DNA from: Chloroflexota bacterium
Lineage (GTDB): Bacteria; Chloroflexota; UBA11872; VXNJ01
DNA: 64,000 nt
Direction of reading: 5' to 3'
Assembly: GCA_965261345.1 (NCBI GenBank)
Contig: OZ253449.1
Coordinates: forward strand, 800,001-864,000
The notes beneath the pieces were generated by a model, which ran no database searches, was not told where the DNA came from, and saw only the letters and a list, made by a program, of their open reading frames with translations. The position numbers were made by a program, and so were the translations under genes. Below, piece by piece: positions 41,193 to 51,984 of the stretch; the first letter of the stretch is position 1; every line of letters begins with the position of its first letter.

Positions 41193-42281
41193 CTAGGCGG
41201 TCGCCGCTACGCCCAACCGCGCAATGATGGCTTCGCCCATGTCGGTGGTACCGACATGTGACGAACCCGCCTCCTTGATGTCCCGCGTGCGCAGGCCGTC
41301 ATCGAGCGCCATTGCCACCGCGTCCTCGACCGCCCGGGCCGCGTCCTCAAGCCCACAGGTGAGGCGCAGCAGCATTGCCGTCGAAAGGATCGCCCCGATC
41401 GGGTTGGCGATACCCTGGCCGGCGATGTCAGGGGCTGCGCCGTGGATCGGCTCATACAATCCGCGGGTCCCGTCGCCCAGGCTGGCCGAGGGCATCATCC
41501 CCAGCGAGGCCGAGAGCACCGCCATCTCATCGGTGATGATGTCACCGAACATGTTTGTCGTAACCACCACGTCAAAATCGCGCGGCGACAAAATCAGCCG
41601 CATCGCGAAGGCGTCAACCAGGATTTGGTCAAAACCTATTCCGGGGTATTGGGCCGCCACCGATGACATGACCTCGTGCCAGAAGGCCGATGATTCGAGC
41701 ACGTTTTGCTTGTCCACCGAGGTGACCTTGCCGGAGCGGGAAGCGGCCATCTGGAAGGCCCTATGGCCTATTCGTTCAACTTCCGATTTGCGGTACAGCA
41801 GGGTGTCGCGGGCGGCCGGTTCACCATCAACTGTCAGGCGGCCGCGGGGCGTTGCGTAGTAAATGCCGCCGGTCAGCTCCCGCAGGACCACCATGTCCAC
41901 GCCGCGTAAGATCTCGGGCTTTACCGGCGACGAATCGATGATCGGTTCAAAGATCCTCAGTGGACGAATGTTGGTCCACAGGCCGAGCTCGGTGCGCAGC
42001 GCCAGCACCGCGCGCTCTGGATGCCGACCGTTGACCGCCGCTCCGCCGGCCACGCCGCAGGCGCCCAGCAAGACCGAATCGGCAGCTTGGCACTGATCGA
42101 TCACCTCATCGGTGATCTCTACCCCTGAAGCGGCAATTGATGCAGCCCCGATGAGAACCTGGCTAAAACTAAACCGCGCGCCAAAATGCTGACCGACCGC
42201 CTCAAGGGTGCGGCGCGCTTGGGCGACGACTTCGGGTCCGATGCCGTCGCCGGCAGCCAGGACGATGTGATGTGAGGCCAT
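41193..42281 (-). CDS. leuB: 3-isopropylmalate dehydrogenase
   Basis: GDGIGPEV, RELTGGIY, NMFGDI, YEPIHGAAPDIAG. Confidence 0.95.
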   Translation of the reverse strand: MASHHIVLAAGDGIGPEVVAQARRTLEAVGQHFGARFSFSQVLIGAASIAASGVEITDEVIDQCQAADSVLLGACGVAGGAAVNGRHPERAVLALRTELGLWTNIRPLRIFEPIIDSSPVKPEILRGVDMVVLRELTGGIYYATPRGRLTVDGEPAARDTLLYRKSEVERIGHRAFQMAASRSGKVTSVDKQNVLESSAFWHEVMSSVAAQYPGIGFDQILVDAFAMRLILSPRDFDVVVTTNMFGDIITDEMAVLSASLGMMPSASLGDGTRGLYEPIHGAAPDIAGQGIANPIGAILSTAMLLRLTCGLEDAARAVEDAVAMALDDGLRTRDIKEAGSSHVGTTDMGEAIIARLGVAATA

Positions 42282-42291
42282 GCTGCAGCGA

Positions 42292-42900
42292 TTATCCCGA
42301 AAAGCCGGTGGCGTAGGGCAAACGTTCGTAAACGCGTCGGGCCGCCGGCGCTCCGGCGAGCAGTTCCGACAATGCATCCCAACGCCCCGAAAGGAGGGAA
42401 TCACGGGTAGCGGCGGGCAGCCCAACCGCTACTTGTTCCGATCCAAAGGTCAGGCTCAGGGCCTCGATATCAAGGTGCAGGCCGATTTGCGGCTGCCGCT
42501 CGATCAGGTCTTGCAATCGTGCGGCCAACGGGGCTGGGACGGTTACCAACGGCAGGCCCAGGGTGGTCGCATTGCCAAAGAAAATTTCGGCAAAACTCTC
42601 GCCCACGATCGCTTCGATCCCCCATCGGGCCAGGGCCTGCGGGGCGTGTTCACGCGAGGATCCGGACCCGAAATTGTCATTGACAACCAGGATCTTGGCT
42701 GCGGCGAAGTGTTCATCCTCGAACGGATGCGTGGCGCCGACAGCCTTGCGGACATCCTCAAATACGAATTGACCAAGGCCGTCGAAGGTGATCGCCCGTA
42801 GGTGCCGGGCTGGAATGATCTGGTCGGTGTCGACATTGTTGCCGCGGATCGCAATCGCGGAACCGGAGATTTGCCGGATTGGGGTGCCTGGAGTTCGCAT
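42292..42900 (-). CDS. leuD: 3-isopropylmalate dehydratase small subunit
   Basis: NVDTDQIIP, NFGSGSSREHA. Confidence 0.95.
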   Translation of the reverse strand: MRTPGTPIRQISGSAIAIRGNNVDTDQIIPARHLRAITFDGLGQFVFEDVRKAVGATHPFEDEHFAAAKILVVNDNFGSGSSREHAPQALARWGIEAIVGESFAEIFFGNATTLGLPLVTVPAPLAARLQDLIERQPQIGLHLDIEALSLTFGSEQVAVGLPAATRDSLLSGRWDALSELLAGAPAARRVYERLPYATGFSG

Positions 42901-44301
42901 CTAGATCGCCGCCCTTACATCGGTTACCGCGCCGGCCAGCGCCGCGGCCGCTACCATGGCTGGGCTCATCAGCAGGGTTCGCCCGGTCGGCGAGCCCTGG
43001 CGGCCGATGAAATTTCGGTTCGAGGAGGATGCCGACACCTGCCGGCCAATCAATTTGTCGGGGTTCATTCCCAAGCACATGGAACAGCCGGCCGCGCGCC
43101 ATTCGAACCCGGCTTCCTGGAAGATCTCGTGCAGGCCTTCGGCCTCGGCCTGGGCCAGCACCTGCTGGGAACCGGGAACCACTATGGCCTTGACCGATCG
43201 GGCTACCCGATTGCCGCGGGCGATCTTGGCTGCTTCGCGCAGATCGGTAATTCGGCTGTTGGTGCAGGATCCAATAAATGCCACGTCGATTGGAAATCCG
43301 CTGATCGGCTGATTTGGCGAAAGGCCCATGAAATCGAGCGTGGCGGCTACCGCGTTCGAGTCGGCGGGGTGGACCGAATCGGGATCTGGAACCGTTTGAC
43401 CGACCCCTACGACCTGTCCGGGGTTGGTGCCCCAGGTAACCATCGGTTCGATCTGGTCACCGGAAAATTCGACCACATCGTCGTAATTGGCGTCGTTGTC
43501 AGAGGCTTGGCCCAACCACCATTCGGCCGCCGTCGCAAAGTTCTGGCTCGGCGGGGCGAAACGGCGTCCCCGCAGGTAGTCGATGGTCTTTTGATCGGGG
43601 TTGACGTAGCCCACCCGGGCGCCGCCCTCGATCGACATGTTGCAGACCGTCATGCGGCCTTCCATCGACATTTGGTCAAAGACCGCTCCGCCGTATTCGT
43701 AAGCGTAGCCGGTGCCACCCTGCACCCCCAGGCTGCCGATGACGTTGAGGATCACGTCCTTCGGGTAGACCCCGCGGCCAAGGCCCCCAACCACTTCGAT
43801 TCGGCGCAGCTTGGGCTTGGAAACGGCCATCGTTTGGGTGGCCAGAACGTCGCGCACCTGCGAGGTTCCGATTCCGAAGGCGATTGCCCCGAGCGCTCCG
43901 TGGGTCGAGGTGTGGGAGTCGCCGCAGGCAATCGTCATGCCCGGCTGCGAAAGCCCCAGCTCAGGGCCGATCACATGCACGATTCCCTGATATCCGGAAG
44001 CCTCGTCAAAGAAGGCCACGCCGGTCCGGGCCATGTTTTTCTCGATCGCCGCGAACATCGCCTCGGCCATCGAATCAGAAAAGGGCCGGGCCGACCCATC
44101 GGTTGGGATGATGTGGTCGACGGTGGCGAAGGTGCGATCCAAGTAGGCCACGTTGAGGCCCAGTTCGGCGAGCATGTCGAACGCCTGCGGGCTGGTTACC
44201 TCATGGACCAGATGCAATCCGATGAACAGTTGCGATTGGCCCGAGGGCAGCTTTGCGACCTCGTGGTTCTCCCAGACCTTGTCGAGCAGTGAAGCGGGCA
44301 T
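42901..44301 (-). CDS. leuC: 3-isopropylmalate dehydratase large subunit
   Basis: [28 protein letters not shown]. Confidence 0.96.
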   Translation of the reverse strand: MPASLLDKVWENHEVAKLPSGQSQLFIGLHLVHEVTSPQAFDMLAELGLNVAYLDRTFATVDHIIPTDGSARPFSDSMAEAMFAAIEKNMARTGVAFFDEASGYQGIVHVIGPELGLSQPGMTIACGDSHTSTHGALGAIAFGIGTSQVRDVLATQTMAVSKPKLRRIEVVGGLGRGVYPKDVILNVIGSLGVQGGTGYAYEYGGAVFDQMSMEGRMTVCNMSIEGGARVGYVNPDQKTIDYLRGRRFAPPSQNFATAAEWWLGQASDNDANYDDVVEFSGDQIEPMVTWGTNPGQVVGVGQTVPDPDSVHPADSNAVAATLDFMGLSPNQPISGFPIDVAFIGSCTNSRITDLREAAKIARGNRVARSVKAIVVPGSQQVLAQAEAEGLHEIFQEAGFEWRAAGCSMCLGMNPDKLIGRQVSASSSNRNFIGRQGSPTGRTLLMSPAMVAAAALAGAVTDVRAAI

Positions 44302-44332
44302 GGTTAACCGATCATTTCAATGAATTGGGTAG

Positions 44333-45883
44333 TTAGGCCGGCTGGGCGGCGGCGGACTTAGCATCGGCCGCGGAAAACTCCGCGGTCAGACGGTTGAGCC
44401 CATTGACGAACGCGTTGGCCGACGCCACCAGGATGTCGGTGTCGACCCCGTGACCGCTGGCCGTTCGATTTTCACTCTCAATCCGCACGATGACCTCACC
44501 GAGCGAGTCGGTAGATTCTGAAACCGCCGAAATCGAGAAATCGGTCAGATCGACCTCCATTCCGGTGGCCTCCATGATCGCCTTGTAGACCGCATCGACT
44601 GGCCCATCGCCCATCGCCGCAGTCTGAACCGGGTTGTCGTCAACTAGCACCCGCACCGTCGCCGTCGGGACACCAAATGTCCCGCACGAGACCTGGACCA
44701 TCTCCAGCTTGAATCGCTGTTGACGCTGCAGGCGCAGGCGTGCGCCGACGATCGCGTCCAGCTCCTGGTCGGTAATTTCCTTTTTGCGATCGGCAACCCG
44801 CTTGAACTCGTCGAAGACCTCCTGGAAGGAGTCTTCGTCGTCGATGCTGATTCCCATCTGCAGGAGATGGTTGCGGAAGGCATGGCGACCAGAGAATTTG
44901 CCCAGCACGATGCGCGAGGAATGGTGTCCCACATCGTCGGGTCGCATGATCTCGTAATTGATCGAATTCTTTAGCACCCCATCCTGATGCAGTCCGGAGG
45001 AGTGGGCGAAGGCGTTGGCGCCTACGATCGCCTTGTTTGGCGGAACCGGCATCCCCATCAGGTTGGAAACCAATCGGCTGGTTCGATAGAGTTCGCCGGT
45101 GTTGATCTGCGTATCGGCCCGATAGTAATCCGAGCGGGTTCGCAGGGCCATTACGATTTCCTCTAGCGAGGCGTTGCCGGCGCGTTCGCCGACACCGTTT
45201 ATCGTGCATTCGACCTGCGATACGCCCTTGGCCACGCCGGTGAGCGAATTGGCCACCGCGTGGCCTAGGTCGTCATGACAGTGCACCGAAACGATCACTC
45301 CGCCGATGCCAGGGACGTTTTGCATGCAATATTCGACCAGCGATCCAAATTCCCCCGGCATCGAATAGCCCACCGTGTCGGGTATGTTGACGATGGTGGC
45401 CCCGGCGGCGATAGCCGCCGCGAACACCTCGACCAGATATTGGGGGTCTGAACGAGTTGCGTCCATCGTCGAAAACTCGACCCGCGGACAGAGTCGGCGG
45501 GCCAATTCGACGGTCGATCGGGTCAGTTCGAGCACTTCCTGGCGGGTCATGTTCAGCTGATTTTGCAGGTGCACGTCAGACGTCGAAATTACGGTGTGCA
45601 GGAGTGGGCGCTCGGCCTCGCGCAGGGCCTCCCAGGTCCGCTCAATCTGGTAGTCGCGGAATCCCGAGAGGGCCGCGATCTCCACCTCGCGCAACTGGCG
45701 GCACATCCGGGTTACCGCCTCGAAATCGCCCGGCGAGGTCGATGGAAATCCAGCCTCGATTACGGTGACGCCCAGCTTTTCGAGCTGGGTGCCGATCTCC
45801 AGTTTTTCATCGAGCGCCAACGCCCCGCCGGCGGCCTGTTCGCCGTCGCGCAGCGTTGTGTCAAAGATGCGTATGTCGCGCAT
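44333..45883 (-). CDS. leuA: 2-isopropylmalate synthase
   Basis: DTTLRDGEQ, HCHDDLG, GERAGN, HQDG. Confidence 0.95.
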   Translation of the reverse strand: MRDIRIFDTTLRDGEQAAGGALALDEKLEIGTQLEKLGVTVIEAGFPSTSPGDFEAVTRMCRQLREVEIAALSGFRDYQIERTWEALREAERPLLHTVISTSDVHLQNQLNMTRQEVLELTRSTVELARRLCPRVEFSTMDATRSDPQYLVEVFAAAIAAGATIVNIPDTVGYSMPGEFGSLVEYCMQNVPGIGGVIVSVHCHDDLGHAVANSLTGVAKGVSQVECTINGVGERAGNASLEEIVMALRTRSDYYRADTQINTGELYRTSRLVSNLMGMPVPPNKAIVGANAFAHSSGLHQDGVLKNSINYEIMRPDDVGHHSSRIVLGKFSGRHAFRNHLLQMGISIDDEDSFQEVFDEFKRVADRKKEITDQELDAIVGARLRLQRQQRFKLEMVQVSCGTFGVPTATVRVLVDDNPVQTAAMGDGPVDAVYKAIMEATGMEVDLTDFSISAVSESTDSLGEVIVRIESENRTASGHGVDTDILVASANAFVNGLNRLTAEFSAADAKSAAAQPA

Positions 45884-45976
45884 CCAACTTCCCCTTAAGT
45901 TGCCGAAATATTTAAAAGTTTTGGGTGTCCGCCAGTGTTTTCTGGGAATACCTTAGCGGCGGTATCGGTTCTGGGC

Positions 45977-46072
45977 TCAGACCCCCCTGCCGTCGATCGC
46001 CGGCGAGGGGCCGCTAAGCGCGAGCAGTAGCCGGCATTGCAACCGCGGAGTGGGGAAGGGGGAAGACTTCAT
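45977..46072 (-). promoter_or_regulatory. Putative Leu-sensing leader peptide of leuA (MKSSPFPTPRLQCRLLLALSGPSPAIDGRGV)
   Basis: ATG 46072 to TGA 45977; Leu cluster CTA CTG CTC GCG CTT; complementary segments downstream. Confidence 0.65.
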
Positions 46073-46107
46073 GGGCAGATTCTAAGATGCCACCGCGCGC
46101 TTTCCGG

Positions 46108-47109
46108 TCAGGCGCGACGGCTCCGCAGATGTGGCATCATGGACCGCAGGCGCGACCCAACTTCTTCAAGCTGGCTTTCCTTATCCTTCTGGCGCAGCGC
46201 CGAGTAGGACGGTCTACCAGCCTGATTTTCCAGGATCCAGCGGGTGGCAAAGTTGCCGTTCTGAATGTCGGCGAGGATTTCCTGCATCGCCCGGCGCGAC
46301 TCCGGGCCGATCACTCGTGGACCGGAAACCAGGTCACCGAATTCGGCGGTATCGGAAACAGAATAGCGCATGTAATCGATTCCGCCCTGGTACATGAGAT
46401 CGACGATCAATTTGAGCTCGTGAAGGCATTCGAAATAGGCCAGCTCGGGGGCGTAACCGGCCCCGACCAGGGTCTCGAATCCGGCTTTGACCAGGGCCGT
46501 GGCGCCACCGCAGAGAACCGCCTGTTCGCCGAACAGATCGGTTTCAGTTTCATCGCGGAAGGTAGTTTCGATCAATCCGGCCTTGGTCGCGCCGATGGCC
46601 TTGGCGTAGGCCATGGTCAACTGGCGGGCGCGCCCCGAGGCATCCTGGTGCACCGCGAACAACGCCGGAACTCCGACTCCCTCTTCAAACATGTCACGGA
46701 CAATGTGCCCGGGGCCCTTGGGAGCGACCATAGCCACATCCACATCGGCGGGTGGGCGAACCTGGCCGTAGTGGATGTTGAAACCGTGCGCGAACATGAG
46801 CATGTCACCCGACCCAAGGTTCGGCGCGATGTCGTTTTCATAGGCATCCGGCGCGTTCTGGTCAGGGACCAGGACCATCGCGATATCCGAAGCCGCGACC
46901 GCCTCGGCGGTGGGCAGCACCAGCAGATCGGCACTTTCCGCGCGGGCCCAGGAAGGGGATCCCTCACGCAGGCCGATGACGACGTCTATCCCGGAGTCTT
47001 TGAGGTTTAGCGAGTGAGCATGACCCTGGCTGCCGTAGCCGATTACGGCAATTTTTTTGCCGCCCAGCTCGTCCATGTCGGCGTCAGAGTCGTAGTAAAC
47101 ATCAACCAT
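46108..47109 (-). CDS. ilvC: Ketol-acid reductoisomerase
   Basis: [23 protein letters not shown]. Confidence 0.96.
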   Translation of the reverse strand: MVDVYYDSDADMDELGGKKIAVIGYGSQGHAHSLNLKDSGIDVVIGLREGSPSWARAESADLLVLPTAEAVAASDIAMVLVPDQNAPDAYENDIAPNLGSGDMLMFAHGFNIHYGQVRPPADVDVAMVAPKGPGHIVRDMFEEGVGVPALFAVHQDASGRARQLTMAYAKAIGATKAGLIETTFRDETETDLFGEQAVLCGGATALVKAGFETLVGAGYAPELAYFECLHELKLIVDLMYQGGIDYMRYSVSDTAEFGDLVSGPRVIGPESRRAMQEILADIQNGNFATRWILENQAGRPSYSALRQKDKESQLEEVGSRLRSMMPHLRSRRA

Positions 47110-47113
47110 CTAG

Positions 47114-47662
47114 TTATTTCCTTAGTCCGTTGCTGGAACCGGCCTTGGCCATGATTGGGCGAGCAGCGATTGAACCGCGGGCCATGGCAACTACGCCAGT
47201 GCGGGCCAGTTCGAGGATGCCAAAGTCCTTTGCAATCTGCAGAAAGCGGTCGATCGAATAGGGCGAAGCGGTCAGTTCGATCATGAGGTGATCGCGCCCG
47301 ACATCGTCAACCCGCCCACCGAAAACCTGGGCCAGGCTGATGATTTCGGCACGATTGGCACCGGTCGCGGCAATTCGGATCAGGGCCACTTCCTTCTGCA
47401 CGGTATCGATACCGGACAGATCGTTGACCTTGAGGACTTCGATGACCTTGTAGAGCTGCTTTTCTACCTGCTTAACCGCGGCCTCATCCCCTTCAACAAC
47501 GATTGTCATTCGAGAAATCCCCGGTGTTTCGGAGTGCCCGACCGCCAGCGAAGCGAGGTTGAAATTGCGGCGCCGCAGAACCATAGTGACCTTGGCCAAG
47601 ACCCCGGGGCGGTCCTGCACCAACGCCATGACGGTGTTGAGGCGCGATTGTGAAACGCTCAA
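47114..47662 (-). CDS. ilvN: Acetolactate synthase small subunit
   Basis: ACT domain DRPGVL..RRNFNL; ELARTG. Confidence 0.93.
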   Translation of the reverse strand: MSVSQSRLNTVMALVQDRPGVLAKVTMVLRRRNFNLASLAVGHSETPGISRMTIVVEGDEAAVKQVEKQLYKVIEVLKVNDLSGIDTVQKEVALIRIAATGANRAEIISLAQVFGGRVDDVGRDHLMIELTASPYSIDRFLQIAKDFGILELARTGVVAMARGSIAARPIMAKAGSSNGLRK

Positions 47663-47666
47663 TTGG

Positions 47667-49346
47667 CTAGCGCTCCACCGTCTCGCCGAGCGAGGCGCCG
47701 GGAATCACCATCGGCATGCAGTCCTCCAGCTCGTCGACTAGGAAGTCGATTACCACCGGCCCATCTATCTCACGGGCGGCCGCGATCGCCTCGTCGGCCT
47801 CGGCCTGAGTGGAGGCCCGAAACCCTGGGATCCCGTAGGCTTCGGCCACCTTGTCAAACGGTGGATTGGCCAGTCGTGCTCCCAGCAGGCGGCCACCATA
47901 GAAGCGACTCTGCCATTGCCGGATCATGCCGAGGTGGCCATTGTTCATGATGCCGACCTTGACCGGAATTTGAAATTCGGCCAGGGTGGCAAATTCCTGG
48001 ATGTTGATCTGCAGCCCGCCGTCGCCGGTCACGCACCAGACTTCGTCGTCGGGACAGGCAACCGAAACTCCCAGCGCGGCCGGCAGGGCATAGCCCATCG
48101 GCCCGGTGCCGCCAGCCGAGAAAAACTGCAGTGGGCGGTCGTAGAAATAGTTTTGCGAGGCCCACATCTGGTTCTGGCCGACATCGGCGATCACCTTGGC
48201 CCGCCCCCCAGAATGCTCGTAGATCTTGCGTACCATGTGCTGCGGCAAAAAGTTCTCGACCTGCGGCGGCTCGTGTGAAGGGTGATCGAGCTTTAGCTGT
48301 TCCAGGTAGGCAAGCCACTCCTGGTTCTGGGGCGGCGTTACGATCTGGTTGAGCAGCGCCAGCGTAGGTTTGGCGTCACCCACAATCGGCACCGCAGTCG
48401 GCACGATCTTGCCGATTTCGGCCGGATCGACGTCGATGTGGATGATCTTTGCACCGGGCGCGAAATCGGCCACCCGTCCGGTGACTCGATCGTCGAAGCG
48501 GCAGCCGATTCCGATCACCAGGTCGCTGTTGTGGACCGCCATGTTGGCGTAATACATGCCGTGCATACCCAGCATGCCCAGCGACAGTGGATGGCGTTCG
48601 GGGAAACAGCCGACGCCATGCAGAGTGGTTATTACCGGTAGCTTGTTCGCGGTAGCCAGGGCGAAGAGTTCGTCCCAGGCCCCCGAAATCGCCACGCCGT
48701 GACCGGCCATGATCACCGGCCGTTTGGAGGCGCTGATCAGGTCGGCCGCCCGCCGGATCATCAGCTTGTGGCCGGCCCCAACTGGGCGGTAGCCGGGAAC
48801 GCTCACCTCATCCGGGATCGGGGCGCTGGATTCGGCCAGAAAGACGTCTTTAGGAATGTCGACGTGCACCGGCCCCGGTCGTCCGGATCGTGCCAGGTAG
48901 AAGGCTTCCTTCATGATGTGCGGCAGCTCGTCGGGATCGGTGACCAGGTAGTTCTGCTTGGTCACCGGGATCGAACACCCGGTAGCGTCGGTCTCCTGGA
49001 ATGCGTCGGTGCCAATGAATTCACGGGCCACCTGCCCGGTTATGTATACGACCGGGACCGAATCCATTAGCGCCGAGGCCATCGAGGTCACAAAATTTGT
49101 GGCCCCGGGGCCCGAGGTCGAAGTTGCTACCCCGACCTGATTCTTGGCGCGCGCATATCCGTCGGCGGCAAACCCAGCGCCCTGTTCGTGGCGCGTGAGG
49201 AAATGGCGAATCTGCGGGTAGTGGTAAAGGGCATCATAAAGCGGTAGGCTGGCTCCGCCGGGCATGCCGAAAATGGCATCAACGCCTTCCTGTAGCATCA
49301 CCTCGCACACGATTTGTCCACCGGTGCGGGTACGGTCGGTGCTCAT
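47667..49346 (-). CDS. ilvB: Acetolactate synthase large subunit
   Basis: RHEQGA, TSGPGATN, GMLGMHG, RFDDRVTG, GDGG. Confidence 0.95.
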   Translation of the reverse strand: MSTDRTRTGGQIVCEVMLQEGVDAIFGMPGGASLPLYDALYHYPQIRHFLTRHEQGAGFAADGYARAKNQVGVATSTSGPGATNFVTSMASALMDSVPVVYITGQVAREFIGTDAFQETDATGCSIPVTKQNYLVTDPDELPHIMKEAFYLARSGRPGPVHVDIPKDVFLAESSAPIPDEVSVPGYRPVGAGHKLMIRRAADLISASKRPVIMAGHGVAISGAWDELFALATANKLPVITTLHGVGCFPERHPLSLGMLGMHGMYYANMAVHNSDLVIGIGCRFDDRVTGRVADFAPGAKIIHIDVDPAEIGKIVPTAVPIVGDAKPTLALLNQIVTPPQNQEWLAYLEQLKLDHPSHEPPQVENFLPQHMVRKIYEHSGGRAKVIADVGQNQMWASQNYFYDRPLQFFSAGGTGPMGYALPAALGVSVACPDDEVWCVTGDGGLQINIQEFATLAEFQIPVKVGIMNNGHLGMIRQWQSRFYGGRLLGARLANPPFDKVAEAYGIPGFRASTQAEADEAIAAAREIDGPVVIDFLVDELEDCMPMVIPGASLGETVER

Positions 49347-49432
49347 TGAAAAAGTCCTTGCCTGGGGTCTAGTGGATTGGGTAATTGAAGATTGGAGCGG
49401 GTTATCGGTTTGGTTTTCGAGAGCCGCCCTGC

Positions 49433-49492
49433 CTAGCTAGGCAAACAGCTCTCGCCGCCTACGGTAACCGGTACCAGCCTCTGGATCCCCAA
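49433..49492 (-). promoter_or_regulatory. Putative ilv leader peptide (MGIQRLVPVTVGGESCLPS) with hairpin over its stop codon
   Basis: TTG start; Ile/Leu/Val cluster; stem CGAGAGC..TGCCTAG/CTAGGCA..GCTCTCG. Confidence 0.5.
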
Positions 49493-49685
49493 TCGGCGAA
49501 CTGCGCTAAGGCCCAAAACGGGGCCGGGCCGGAAGGACGGAAACCGCCCGCGGCAGACAAAAAGCTCGAGATTGATAAGGAAGAACTTGCGACTATAAGG
49601 TAGCGCGCCCGATTTTATGTTGTCAGCCCAACCCCCGGGGGGAACACGGTCGGGTTCGATAGCCTCCGGCAGGCGGCAGCCCGGT

Positions 49686-50417
49686 TTAGCGGGTTCGGCC
49701 TGGCAATTCGACTGGCACCCCCGGCACAAGCTGCAGGATCTGGGGTTTGGCTGCCCCGCCCAACCCGGCGATAAGGCTCGAGGCGTCCTGGGCCAGCATC
49801 GGGAACGTCTGATAGTGGCAGGGGATAACGTACTCGCAGCCCAGCATCCGCGCGGCCCGGGCAGCATGGGTGCCATCCATCGTAAAGTGCCCTCCGATCG
49901 GCAGCACCGCCAGGTTCGGGCGGTAGAGTTCGCCGATAAGCGTCAGATCGCCAAAGAGTGCGGTGTCACCGGCAAAGTAGATTGACCGTCCGTCCGCCAA
50001 CGCCACCACGTAGCCTACCGGCACGCCGGCGTAGACGATGCCGTCGCCCACCTTCAGCGATGACGTGTGCTTGGCCTCGACCATGCTCACCGAGGAGCCT
50101 CCGATCTCAACCGTTCCGCCCAGGTTCATCGCCTGGGTGGAGGATTCGGAAAGTCCCTGGGGAAAAAGATGGATCGCCGCCTCAAGTACTGCCACCACGG
50201 TCGCCTGCGGATTCAGGTCAAGAGTCGTCAGCAGGCCGCCGACGTGGTCTTCGTGCCCGTGGGTGAGCAAGATGGCGTCGATTCCGCGCTGCTCGTGTTC
50301 GGCCGACGGGCAGGAGGGGTTGTCGGCCAGCCAGGGGTCGACCAGGATTGTTTCACCGGAGGGGGTCTCCAGCCTAAAGGTCGCATGTCCAAGCCAGGTA
50401 ATGGCTCCCGCTTCCAT
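49686..50417 (-). CDS. UPF0173 metal-dependent hydrolase (MBL fold)
   Basis: WLGHA, THGHEDH, AGDT, PIGGHFTM, PCHY. Confidence 0.88.
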   Translation of the reverse strand: MEAGAITWLGHATFRLETPSGETILVDPWLADNPSCPSAEHEQRGIDAILLTHGHEDHVGGLLTTLDLNPQATVVAVLEAAIHLFPQGLSESSTQAMNLGGTVEIGGSSVSMVEAKHTSSLKVGDGIVYAGVPVGYVVALADGRSIYFAGDTALFGDLTLIGELYRPNLAVLPIGGHFTMDGTHAARAARMLGCEYVIPCHYQTFPMLAQDASSLIAGLGGAAKPQILQLVPGVPVELPGRTR

Positions 50418-50448
50418 GGGCAAGTTCCAGTCGGGTGGTTTTGCGAAC

Positions 50449-51204
50449 ATGAATATAACACCGGCATTGGACGCCAAGGGAATGTGGACCGGGCGGAACA
50501 GAACTGTGCAGACCTGGCTTGAATCCTCCAACCGCCTTCACCTAATTGGCGGGGACTCCAATCGACGGACGCAATTACTCGTTGCCCTGGCGGTGCTGCT
50601 GCTGGTGATCATGCAGGCCGACGAGCTAAACATCTTTACCGCGACCCTGGTCGGTGGCTTCGGCGCATGGATCGTAGGACTGCTATTGCGCCGCAGCATC
50701 GAGGTCGTCATCGACCGCCAATTCCGGGTGGTCATCGTTCGGCGGCGCGACCTGTTTGGCGTCTTTTCGTTTGGCGACGAAGTGTTTGAGCTGTCGCAGC
50801 TGGAATCAATTCCGGTGGCCGCGCGCAAGCGCTACGTCGCATTCGGGCCGGAGTCATTCTGGTTGCTGGGGGTCAAGTTCACAGGCCAGGAAACCGTGAT
50901 CGTTGGAACCGTGCACGGCGAATCGCGCCGCGTAGAGGTGGTGCTAAACGAGATTTCGGAATTTCTTTCCGCCCCCTTGGCCGAAGATTCGTTTCGGGCC
51001 GGCGCCCGAATGAACATCGGGCCGCAGGGCCTGCTGGCCGAATTGCTAGATTCCGAAGCGACCGTGCGGATCGGACAGGTGCTCTGCCTGGTAATGGTCC
51101 TGCTGTCATTGTTTGCCGCCCCCGGTATGGCGATTTTCTACCTGATCGCGCTGTTCCTGGGCACCTGGTTTGACTGGTTAGCGCGGCGCGGCGACCGCTC
51201 TTAG
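50449..51204 (+). CDS. Hypothetical membrane protein
   Basis: Two pairs of TM helices; fills the gap between flanking genes. Confidence 0.6.
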   Translation: MNITPALDAKGMWTGRNRTVQTWLESSNRLHLIGGDSNRRTQLLVALAVLLLVIMQADELNIFTATLVGGFGAWIVGLLLRRSIEVVIDRQFRVVIVRRRDLFGVFSFGDEVFELSQLESIPVAARKRYVAFGPESFWLLGVKFTGQETVIVGTVHGESRRVEVVLNEISEFLSAPLAEDSFRAGARMNIGPQGLLAELLDSEATVRIGQVLCLVMVLLSLFAAPGMAIFYLIALFLGTWFDWLARRGDRS

Positions 51205-51252
51205 CAGTTGGCGACGGTCAGGCTGGCGTCCGGAGCCGGATTCCGTTGATAC

Positions 51253-51984
51253 CTAGCCGCTGCCCAGGTAGGCATTGGCAACTTCCGGGTCCGAGCGCAG
51301 TGTCGCGGCCGGCCCCTGTTTGACTACCTGCCCGTTCTGGAGAACGTACCCTCGGTCGGCCACCGCAAACGCGGCGTTGGCGTTCTGTTCAACCAGCAGG
51401 ATCGTGGTGCCGGCGGAATTGATTTCGCCAATCTTGGTAAATATTTCCTGTACCAGGATCGGCGCTATCCCCATCGACGGCTCGTCCAGCAATAGCAGAT
51501 CGGGCGCAGCCATGAGTCCGCGCCCGATGGCCAGCATCTGCTGTTCGCCGCCCGAGAGTGTGCCGCCGGCCTGGCCGGCGCGCTCGCGCAGCCGGGGAAA
51601 TAGCTCGAAAACCGAGCGCAGTGACTCCTCGCGCTCGCTCCGGCTGGTCCGTGTATATGCGCCGAGCCGCAGGTTTTCAGCCACGCTCAGACGGGAGAAG
51701 ATTCGGCGGCCCTCGGGCACGTGGACGATTCCCAGTTCGACCACCGCATGGGCAGGCACGGGGTTGATGGATTGCTCATCAAAGGTAATGTCACCAGCGT
51801 AGGCGACCAACTTCGAGATCGCCTTCAGGATGGTTGATTTGCCGGCTCCGTTGGCACCAATAAGGCAGACTATCTCGCCGCGGCCGACTGCAAAGCTCAC
51901 ATCGCGCAGGGCCTCGATTCCACCGTAGTGGACGCTTACCCGGTCAACTTTCAGGATCTGCCCCGGTGCCGATGACGCGGTCAA
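51253..51984 (-). CDS. livF: Liv-type ABC ATPase
   Basis: GANGAGKST, LSGGEQQM, LLDEPS. Confidence 0.92.
   Translation of the reverse strand: MTASSAPGQILKVDRVSVHYGGIEALRDVSFAVGRGEIVCLIGANGAGKSTILKAISKLVAYAGDITFDEQSINPVPAHAVVELGIVHVPEGRRIFSRLSVAENLRLGAYTRTSRSEREESLRSVFELFPRLRERAGQAGGTLSGGEQQMLAIGRGLMAAPDLLLLDEPSMGIAPILVQEIFTKIGEINSAGTTILLVEQNANAAFAVADRGYVLQNGQVVKQGPAATLRSDPEVANAYLGSG

Noticed and set aside
42802-44292. Long antisense ORFs (this one; also 207-995, 24749-25945, 46087-47010, 57343-58329)
   Set aside because: These are shadows of real genes on the opposite strand in high-GC DNA.
49460-49482. GGCTGGTACCGG as a T-box upstream of ilvB
   Set aside because: The T-box consensus is imperfect, with no recognisable stem I or terminator.
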